A stretch of 64,000 nucleotides of DNA. It comes from Macrostomum lignano (taxonomy: Eukaryota). Position 1 is the stretch's first letter. Each line of letters starts with the position of its first letter. Shown piece by piece: positions 1 to 10,400 of this stretch. The stretch spans positions 124,001 through 188,000 of the forward strand of contig NIVC01001389.1 in assembly GCA_002269645.1 (NCBI GenBank), written 5' to 3'. The notes beneath the pieces were generated by a model, which was not told where the DNA came from, did no database searches, and was given only the letters and a program-made list of their open reading frames with translations. The position numbers and the translations under genes were made by a program.

Positions 1-494
1 TATGCATTTCCAATTGCCAGTTCCCACTCCCCTATAAAACAGCAATTGAAGATTATAAGCACAGGCGGGATTAATGATTCAATTATTAGCACACAGATAA
101 ACAACAGGGATAAACGGAGAAGAGGATTACGAATGAGTTCGAGCAGACAAAACAGTTTAGCATTCTGTCAAATTTAATGCGAGAGAAAATAAAACGCAGA
201 GGATGAATAATTAATTAGCTCATCAGGGCAGCAGCCACGCCAAGTAATTCGGTAATTTTCTAAAAACATTCTCAGAGCAAATTTCAATTGGGCAATTCCG
301 CATCTAGTTTGATCATAGAGATGGAGACTCAGCTGCTGACCCAGATTCAGCTTGCAGTCTCTGCAGCCTTTTCCAATCCCGTACGTTGATCATAATTAAC
401 TAGTCTAGAATTGATTATTACTGACTAAATTGGAACATTAAAACACAACAGTTCTTATATCTAACATAACTTAGAACACACAGCAATCCTGGCA

Positions 495-3103
495 CTAAGA
501 CTTTCCCGCCTTCCACACCCGGTGCAGGCGGGACTTGTCGTCGAACAGGGAGCGGATCATCATCACCTGGATGCCGGACACGAACAGCATCACCACCAGC
601 TGGAAGATGGACCAGGTGCTCACCCGGGCATTGTTCGCGTCCATCATCATGCGATCGCGGGCCTCGTTGTTGCGGCTCTTGCTCAGCAAGTAGATGGTGC
701 GCAGCAGGTGGTCCTCCACCTTGTCCGTGGATTTCTGCGGGGGGGGGGGGGTTATAGCTATTCGAAACAGCTGATGGAGTACTCACATCCAGCTACTGTA
801 CGTAAATACATGTACAGCAATTTGCAAACAAACACACCAATGTACATTCATTAATGTACATACACCAATGCACACACACCAATGTACAGACACCAGTGTA
901 CATACACCAATGTACATTCATCAGTGTACATACACCAGTGTACATACACCAGTGTACATACACCAATGTACGCAAATCAATGTACATACACTAAGTACAC
1001 ACAAAAATGTACATACACCAATGTACACACACCAATGTACACACACAAATGTACATACACCAATGTTCACACACCAATGTGCATACACCAATGTACACCA
1101 ATTTGGCAGCCACTTACGTAAAACTCCTCCCAGGAAAGCTCCATCTCGCGGAGACTGGTCCGCAGTCCCTCGGACAGCTGATCGGCGCCAGGCCGGAGGC
1201 CTTCGCGGCCCTGTTCGACATCGATGTTAAAGTACACGAGCTTGTCGTGCCAGGAAGAGTACCGGTTGTCCAGGCAGATCATGTAGGCCGGCAGGCGCAT
1301 GTCGGCAGTCGATTTGGCCGGGTCGAATGCAAAACTCGCCTCGCCGTAGGCTTTGCCGCGCCGATCGAACGCCAGCTTGCCGCCTGGCGAATTGATGAAG
1401 ACGTCAATGTCCAGACTGCCGCCGCTTGTCACCTGGGCGAGTGTTGGAATGTACAGGGCAGGGTCGGCTTGGTTATTGCAGCTTACAGCGGTTCTAATGC
1501 ATTAAAACGCCCACGCAAAACTACACGGCCTCAAAGTGCGCACGTCTACACAACATCTACGAGAAATATATAAAGCACACACCCGTGCAAACCCAAACAG
1601 GTTTAAAGTAAGAAACGCCCGTGCAAACTTGAATAATATTAGAGTACACACGACAGACAGGCCTGCAGGGACTTAAAGTACACACGACTAGGCAATTATG
1701 CATGGCCTTATGCATGGGAAGCTTAAGTAGCACTGAAATACACACACCCGCGCAACCAACACAGCCTTAGAGTACACACGCCCACGCACCAGTGTGGGCA
1801 CGGCCTTAGAGTACACACACCCGCGCACACCTGCACGGCCTTAGAGTACACACGCCCACGCAAACCTGCACGGCCTTAGAGTACACACACCTACGCAACC
1901 AACACAGCCTTAGAGTACACACGCCCACGCAAACCTGCACGGCCTTAGAGTACACACGCCCACGCAAACATGCACGGCCTTAGAGTACACACGCCCACGC
2001 AAACCTGCACGGCCTTAGAGTACACACGCCCACGCAAACCTGCACGGCCTTAGAGTACACACGCACAAGCAAACCTGCACGGCCTTAGAGTACACACGCC
2101 CACGCAAACCTGCAAGCCCTTCGAGCTAGTACACAAGCCTACCCAAAACTTAGCTGCAAAATACACAAACACAAACAATTTTTGGCCACAAATACATGTA
2201 ATCCAATCTTCTCACCTGATACTCAAAGGTGAAGTTGCTAGATGCCTTATGATAAAAGCACTGCTTCCCCCGGCTGGGCAGGCGGTACACAAACGAGATG
2301 GACCGCATGTCGAATTCGTTAGGCTCCGATGGCAGCAGCACAGAGGGCACCCGCTTGCCTCCTTGATGGCCATCGTCCGGCCTGTCGCGGGAATCCCGCG
2401 GCGGCGGTGGCTGCCGATGATGGGTAGAAAGGGATTCTTGTGTCTCCGGGTGAGGTGGCTGATGATGCTCGGGTGGAGGCTGGTACTGCTGCTGCTGCTG
2501 CTGCTCTGGAGGCTGTTGGTGGACAGGCGGTGGCTGTTGCTGGACAGGCGGCTGCTGTTGGTGGACAGGCGGTGGCTGTTGCTGGACAGGCGGCTGCTGT
2601 TGGTGGACAGGCGGTGGCTGTTGCTGGACGGGTGGTGGCTGCTGCTGGACAGGCGGCTGCTGTTGGTGGACAGGTGGTGGCTGCTGCTGGACAGGCGGCT
2701 GCTGTTGGTGGACAGGCGGCTGCTGCTGGTGGGCAGGCGGTGGTTGCTGCTGGACAGGCGGCTGCTGCTGGTGGACAGGTGGTGGCTGCTGGTGGACAGG
2801 CGGCTGCTGCTGGTGGACAGGCGGCTGCTGCTGGTGGACAGGCGGTGGCTGTTGGTGGACAGGCGGCTGCTGCTGGTGGACAGGCAGTGGCTGTTGGTAG
2901 TCAGGCGGGGGCTGTTGATGGGCAGGTGGAGGCTGATTATGCTCGGGCGGAGGCTGGTGATGCTGAGTTGGTGGGGGCTGTTGCGCTGCAGCCTGCTCAC
3001 TAGATGGAGGCACAGCCTGAGGAGGCTGCTGAGCGATGCAGCAAGCAGTCAGTAGCAGCAGCAGCGCCGCAGCCTCAAGCAGCAGGAACTTCAGTCGAGC
3101 CAT
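495..3103 (-). CDS. TMED: p24/TMED (emp24/gp25L) cargo receptor, gamma-like, copy A; exons 3103-2216, 1432-1118, 734-495; about 480 aa with a Pro/Gln repeat insert
   Basis: Signal peptide, GOLD domain (LPSRGKQCFY...GGSLDIDVFINSP...YMICLDNRYSSWHDKLVYFNI), coiled coil, TM helix (WSIFQLVVMLFVSGIQVMMI) and basic tail. Canonical GT-AG introns (CAG|GTGAGA, TAC|GTAAGT), all phase 0, join in frame. Confidence 0.93.
838..1102. repeat. 14-bp minisatellite (TGTACATACACCAA) filling intron 2 of p24 copy A
   Basis: Tandem unit read directly from the sequence. Confidence 0.9.
1740..2115. repeat. 35-bp minisatellite (GGCCTTAGAGTACACACGCCCACGCAAACCTGCAC) in intron 1 of p24 copy A
   Basis: Unit recurs every 35 nt (e.g. 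1941, 1976); about 10 copies. Confidence 0.9.
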
Positions 3104-3184
3104 TAAAATGACAGCAGAAAAGATAACAGATAATAAGCTTATTAATCCACTATAGTAAAACTAGTTGTCTGTCGGTATGTGATT

Positions 3185-3665
3185 AAGCTGTAGTCAAGGT
3201 ACACAAGGCTGTTGCTAAGGTACACAAGGCTGTGGCTAAGCTACACAAGGCTGTTGCTAAGGTACACAAGGCTGTTGCTAAGGTACACAAGGCTGTTGCT
3301 AAGGTACACAAGGCTGTTGCTAAGCTACACAAGGCTGTTGCTAAGGTACACAAGGCTGCTGCTAATTAAAGTACACAAGGCTGTTGCTAAGGTACACAAA
3401 GCTGCTGCTAATTAAAGTACACAAGGCTGTTGCTAAGGTGCACAAGGCTGTTGCTAAGGTACACAAGGCTGTTGCTAAGGTACACAAGGCTGCTGCTAAT
3501 TAAAGTACACAAGGCTGTTGCTAAGCTACACAAGGCTGTTGCTAAGGTACACAAGGCTGCTGCTAATTAAAGTACACAAGGCTGTTGCTAAGGTACACAA
3601 GGCTGTTGCTAAGGTGCACAAGGTTGTACATGTCTCTAAGGTACACACAAGACTGTTACTAAGGT
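3185..3665. repeat. 21-bp minisatellite (GCTGTTGCTAAGGTACACAAG) between the two p24 genes
   Basis: Direct tandem repeats with a GCTAATTAAA variant. Confidence 0.92.
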
Positions 3666-4181
3666 GCTTCTGATTTCTGATTCTTTTGATATATTAAAGG
3701 GGGTAGAATCTCTAGTCGTACTACTATTCTTAAAGTCAGTAGTGCATCCAGCCAATTTCTACAGCAACTACATAATTTAGTAAAAAACGAGAACAAGACA
3801 GTGTTTGTCCAAAACTGTAATTCAAAAATTTTTATTACTTCTTGCCGGAGCCTAACCAAAAGATGTTAAATAAAAAATACCATTTGACAGGGGAAATTCT
3901 TGGCTTTAGAAACTTATCAAAATATATTGCTAACTATTGAATCTAGAACTGGAAAACTCTAAGAAAAAAGAAAACTTGAAAAACTCTTGAAAAATGCAAT
4001 TAGATTTTAGAATGTAAATTTCTAGTGGTAATTCCTAATTCAGTAAAATGCACACAGAACTGGAAATTGATAGCATTGAGGATACAAAACAAAAATATCT
4101 TAGTGTAATGAAAGAATGGGATTCGAACTCCGGACCTAAGTAGAGAAACTGTCAACAGCCGGCAATTAAAGGCTGATTCAG

Positions 4182-6820
4182 TCAGCCAATTAGGAACGAG
4201 CCGCGGACTCGCCAGACCCGATGCAGCACGGACTTCTCATCGAACAGGGAGCGGATCATCAGCACCTGCAGGCCGGACACGCCCAGCATGACCGCCAGCT
4301 GCAGGGCGGACCAGCGGCTCACCCGGGCCGCGCTGTCCTCCATAGCCAGCCGGTCGCGGGTCTCGTCGACACGGAACTCCCGCTGGATGCTGGCGCTGCG
4401 ATGCAGATTGTCCTCCACGGCCCACGTCAGCGTCTGGGGATGGAGGGGCGGTGGTGATCGGGGACCTCAGATCTTCATGTACTATTCTCAGTCTATGGAA
4501 ATCTCAACTCTAGAAATCTAAACCCTGGAAATCTCAACTCTAGAAATCTCAACCCTGGAAATCTCAACCCTGGAAATCTCAACCCTGGAAATCTCAACCC
4601 TAGAAATCTAAACCCTGGAAATCTCAACCCTGGAAATCTCAACCCTAGAAATCTAAACCCTGGAAATCTCAACCCTGGAAATCTCAACCTTGGAAATCTC
4701 AACCCTGGAAATCTCAACTCTAGAAATTTCAACCCTGAAAATCTCAACCCTGGAAATCTCCACTTTGGAAATCATGATTTAGGAAATCTCAACTCTAGAA
4801 ATCTCAACCCTGGAAATCTCAACCCTGGAATTCTTAACCCTGGAAATTTCAACCCTGGAAATCTCAACCCTGAAAATATCAACCCTGGAAATCTCAACTC
4901 TAGAAATTTCAACCCTGGAAATCTCAACCCTGGAAATCTCCACTTTGGAAATCATGATTTAGGAAATCTCAACTCTAGAAATCTCAACCCTGGAAATCTC
5001 AACCCTGGAATTCTTAACCCTGGAAATTTCAACCCTGGAAATCTCAACCCTGAAAATATCAACCCTGGAAATCTCAACTCTAGAAATTTCAACCCTGGAA
5101 ATCTCAACCCTGGAAATCTCCACCTTGGAAATCTCAATTTAGGAAATCTCAACTCTAGAAATCTCAACCCTGGAATTCTCAACCCTGAAAATCTCAACCC
5201 TGGAAATCTCAACCCTGAAAATCTTAACCCTGGAAATCTCAGTGTTAGAAATCTTAGCCCCGAATTCTCAACCTTGGAAATCTCCACACGAGTCAACATT
5301 GTAAATCCTTCGGAGAATTCAATTCTGGAAATCTTAACTATCGATATTTTAACCTCGGAATTCTCACCTTAATCCTGCCATGAGATATTCATAGCAGGAT
5401 TAGTGTTGGAAGTGTCAGCCTTCAAACTTTTTTGTCAGTCTATGGAACCCCCCCCAACCTTGAGAATCTCAGTATTGAACGAATTTTCATCTGATTTTCA
5501 GCTGCGGACGTCTCAAACTTGGAAATCTCAGCTCTATGGAGATATTGACATTGAAATTCTCATTTGAGCACTAGTTACGGAAATCTTAGTCTTGGGATAT
5601 TTATCTCATCCAGCTATGGAAACTTCAGGTTTTCAAGTCCAATCTGATGACCAGTCTGAGACACTGAGCTGTCAAGGATCAGGGAAACCAACCAGAAAGT
5701 GCGACCAGCTGATGTCCAAGCGCTTCAGCTCAGCAGTCATGGCCTCGGGCAGAGGCTCCAGCATCTCGCCGCCCCCTCCGCTGACGTTGATGCGCTTGCG
5801 CTGCAGCTCGATCCTGAAGTCCACAACTTTATCGTACCAGCTGGAGTGCCGGTTGTCCAGGCACACCGTGTGCACCGGCGACTCGCCGCCCGGGACCGCC
5901 GACTCCGGAGCGGCCGGCGCCAAGAAGCCGCCCTGGCGCCGTTCCCGACTCTCGTAGGCCACGCGGCCGCCCGGGCCGACAATGTACACATCGATGTCCA
6001 GCCGGCCGCCGTACAGAACTCGAAACTCGAACTGGAACGACTTCGCTGTTCGATGATGAAAGCACTGACGGCCACGGCTGGGGAGAACAAAGACAAAGGA
6101 GGAGTCCACGCCGTCGAAGGAGTCGCTGGACTCGGCTGACGGCAGTAGGAAGCTGGGAATCCGGCGTGGCGGTGGCGGCCCACGAGGCGGCGGCGGCGGC
6201 CCCCGCGGAGGTGGCGGCGGCATTCGCTGGCCATCGGGACCCGGCTGCGGCGAACGACCGTGCGTTGCCTGAATCTGAGCGCTGGGCACGGGCGGAGACT
6301 GGACGTTTTTTGATGGCGGGGCCTGACCACTTGATGGCGGGTCCTGACCGCTTGATGGCGGGTCCTGACCGCTTGATGGCGGGGCCTGACCGCTTGATGG
6401 CGCAGTCTGACCGCTTGATTGCGCAGTCTGACCGCTTGATGGCGGGGCCTGACTGTTCGATGGCGGGACCTGACCGTTTGATGGTGGGGCCTGACCGCTT
6501 GATGGCGGGGCCTGACCGCTTGATGGCGGGGCCTGACCGCTTGATGGCGGGGCCTGACCGCTTGATGGCGGGGCCTGACCGCTTGATGGCGGGGCCTGAC
6601 CGCTTGATGGCGGGGCCTGACCGCTTGATGGCGGGGCCTGACCGCCTGATGGCGGGGCCTGACTGTTCGATGGCGGGACCTGACCGCTTGATGGCGGGGC
6701 CTGACCGCTTGATGGCGGGGCCTGACCGCTTGATTGACCGCTGACCGCCTGACCGCAGACAACTAAGCAGACGCAAAGGCAGGCAAGCCACGCACGAAGT
6801 TGGGCGGCACCTCGGACCAT
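4182..6820 (-). CDS. TMED: p24/TMED cargo receptor, copy B; exons 6820-5693, 4433-4182; about 459 aa with GQAPPSS heptad repeats
   Basis: MVRGAAQLRAWLACLCVCLVV signal; GOLD domain (LPSRGRQCFHH, GGRLDIDVYIVGP, CLDNRHSSWYDKVVDF); TM helix and RSLFDEK tail. Intron CTG|GTTGGT...CCCCAG|ACG lies at the same position as intron 2 of copy A. Confidence 0.92.
4497..5300. repeat. 15-bp minisatellite (GAAATCTCAACCCTG) with a 180-bp higher-order repeat, in the p24 copy B intron
   Basis: The lines starting at 4741 and 4921 are identical; variant units recur at a 180-nt period. Confidence 0.93.
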
Positions 6821-7189
6821 AATTGAACTGGCAGCTGACAGTAGTTTAGCAGTAGTATGATGCGCATGCATTAATTTTAGTTTCAAATATGAATTTTTAC
6901 CAATTTGCATTGTACTGTATTTGGATAGTGCTTTAATATCAAGGCAAAGTAACAAAAGGAAATTTTATATAAAAAAATAATTCAAATTGTGCTTTATTCA
7001 TTAAGGTTTTGATAGAAAAGTTAGCAAGCAATTTAAATGTTGCTATTTTAAATGCTGGAACAATACAAACGTTCGAATCGGAAATGCGACTTAATTTCAA
7101 GCCGGCACTAAATAGCTGAAATGCCCTAAAAGATAAAAAAACTATAGGCAGATGAGCCATTCACTAATTCTTAAAACGCGTACTTACCC

Positions 7190-7345
7190 CACAGATACCC
7201 AATCATGTACCTGAGAGTACCGCACAGATACCCAATCATGTACCTGAGAGTACCGCACAGATACCCAATCATGTACCTGAGAGTACCGCACAGATACCCA
7301 ATCATGTACCTGAGAGTACCGCACAGACACCCAATCATGTGTCTG
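7190..7345. repeat. 33-bp tandem repeat (CACAGATACCCAATCATGTACCTGAGAGTACCG), about 4.5 copies
   Basis: Direct repeats seen in sequence. Confidence 0.9.
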
Positions 7346-7469
7346 AGTGAAGCCCGGAAATACCCATTCCATGACAGAGTACCTACAGACACTTCATCAG
7401 AGAATTACAGTGCTCAAACTATCTACAAATTTATACAACAAAAATTGTTAAAAGTTTATATTAAAAAGG

Positions 7470-10400
7470 TCACTGAGACTGGAACGCCTCCTCCAGCGCT
7501 TGGCCAACGGCTTGGTTACAGTTGTACAGCAGCTGCAGTCTGGCAGTTAATCGGGGCGGCGTTTCGAACTTATCGAAGCTGTCGTTCAGTTGCGGTAGCG
7601 GCGGAATTCTACCGCGAATTGGTGGCACGGCTGGAGCCGATGCGTGGGCGGATGCTGGAGTCGATGCGTGGGAGGATGCTGGAGCCGATACGTGGGCGGA
7701 TGCCGGAACCGATGCGTGGGAGGATGCTGGAGCCGATACGTGGGCGGATACTGGAACCGATGCGTGGGAGGATGCTGGAGCCGATACGTGGGCGGATTCT
7801 GGAACCGATGCGTGGGAGGATGCTGGAACCGATGCGTGGGAGGATGCTGGAGCAGATGCGTGGGCGGATGCTGGATCCGATGCGTGGGCGGATGCTAAAA
7901 CCGATACATGGATGGACGCTGGAGCTGATGCCGGAACTGATGCGTGGGCGGATGCTGGGGCGGATACAAGCGAGTCATTCAACAGCGAAGATTCCAGACG
8001 GAACTGGCAGATGGGAGGCTGTAGAGCCGCCTCATCGTGTCGAAAATCAACGAACAGGTGACCGAACGGCCGCCGGGAATTATCACTGTCCGACTCTGTC
8101 GGAACCGGAAGTTCAACGGCAGACGTCGACAGGGAGATGTCGGCGAACAGGTCCGAAAGAGAATCGACCAAGACACTGCGGCGCCGGGGACGGACGGGCG
8201 GCTCTGGCGGCAGCGGCTGAGAAACGAAAAATTTGTCAATCTTCACAGCAGCTTCGCCCGGCTTCGGTGCCGGCTTCCGGTTCTCTGCTGGCTTCTTTTT
8301 CTTCTTTTTCTGCTTCTGCTGCTCCTGCTTTGCTTTCAGCTTGTCCTCCTTCTCCTGCAGCCTCAGCTGCTCGAAGCCGGCCAGCATGTCCCGGTACAGC
8401 TGGCCGAAAGGGTGCCGGGGCACGCACAGAGTGTAGAACTCCGATTCCGTCCAAATGTCGAACTCGAGCTTGTGGAATTCCACCTGGGTGCGGGGGGGGG
8501 GCAATAAAACTTTTTAGACTTAATACCTTGAAGAAGAGGTATAAAAATATTATCCAAAAAACTAAATCCCCATTGATACAACTCTATAAGACAGAATTCA
8601 ATAAGATAGAGTTCAATCAGATAGAAACAAATCCGTTAACATGGATACCATATAATACTGCATAGAATAGAGTCGCATAGTTGCCCAGTGCTGAAATCTG
8701 ATCAAAATTTAATACACTCGTAGGATAGAACCCGATAGGATAGAACACCATAGGATAGAACCCGATAGGATAGAACACCATAGGATAGAACCCGATAGGA
8801 TAGAACAACATAGGATAGAACCCGATAGGATAGAACACCATAGGATGGAACCCCATAAGATAGAACCCATAAGATAGAACACCACAGGATAGAACACCAT
8901 AGGATGGAACCCCATAAGATAGAACCCATAAGATAGAACACCATAGGACAGAACACCATAGGAGGGAACACCATAGGATAGAACACCATAAGATAGAATC
9001 CATAAGTTAGAACGCCATAGGATAGAACACCATAGGATGGAACACCATAGGATAGACCATAGGATAGAACACCATAGGGTAGACCATAGGATAGAACACC
9101 ATAGGATAGAACCCGATAGGATAGAACACCATAGGATAGAACCCGATAGGATAGAACACCATAGGATGGAACCCCATAAGATAGAACCCATAAGATAGAA
9201 CACCACAGGATAGAACACCATAGGATGGAACCCCATAAGATAGAACCCATAAGATAGAACACCATAGGATAGAACACCATAGGAGGGAACACCATAGGAT
9301 AGAACACCATAAGATAGAATCCATAAGTTAGAACACCATAGGATAGAACACCATAGGATGGAACACCATAGGATAGACCATAGGATAGAACACCATAGGG
9401 TAGACCATAGGATAGAACACCATAGGATAGAACCCGATAGGATAGAACACCATAGGATGGAACCCCATAAGATAGAACCCATAAGATAGAACACCATAGG
9501 ATAGAACACCATAGGAGGGAACACCATAGGATAGAACACCATAAGATAGAATCCATAAGATAGAACACCATAGGATAGAACACCATAGGATGGAACACCA
9601 TAGGATAGACCATAGGATAGAACACCATAGGGTAGACCATAGGATAGAACACCATAGGATAGAACCCGATAGGATAGAACACCATAGGATGGAACCCCAT
9701 AAGATAGAACCCATAAGATAGAACACCACAGGATAGAACACCATAGGATGGAACCCCATAAGATAGAACCCATAAGATAGAACACCACAGGATAGAACAC
9801 CATAGGATGGAACCCCATAAGATAGAACCCATAAGATAGAATCCATAAGATAGAACACCATAGGATAGAACACCATAGGATGGAACACCATAGGATAGAC
9901 CATAGGATAGAACACCATAGGGTAGACCATAGGATAGAACACCATAGGATAGAACACCATAGGATAATACACCATAGGATAGAACACCATAGGATAATAC
10001 ACCATAGGATAGAACACCATAGGATAATACACCATAGGATAGAACACCATAGGATAGACCAGAGGATAGAACCCATAAGATAGAACACCAAAGGATAGAA
10101 CACTATAGGATAGAACACCACAGGATAGAACACCATAGGATAGAACACCATAGAATAGAACACCATAGGATAGAACACCATAGGATAATATACCATAGGA
10201 TAGAACACCATAGGATAGACCAGAGGATAGAACTCATTTATAAGATAGAACACCAAAGGATAGAACACCATAGGATAGAACACCATAGGATAGAACACCA
10301 TAGGATAGAACGCCATAGGATAGACCAAAGGATAGAACCCATAGGATAGAACACCATAGGATAGACCAAAGGATAGAACCCATAGGATAGAACCCTAAAA

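Noticed and set aside
4118-4140. tRNA B-box-like GGAGTTCGAATCCC on the minus strand
   Set aside because: No convincing A box or cloverleaf; at most a SINE relic.
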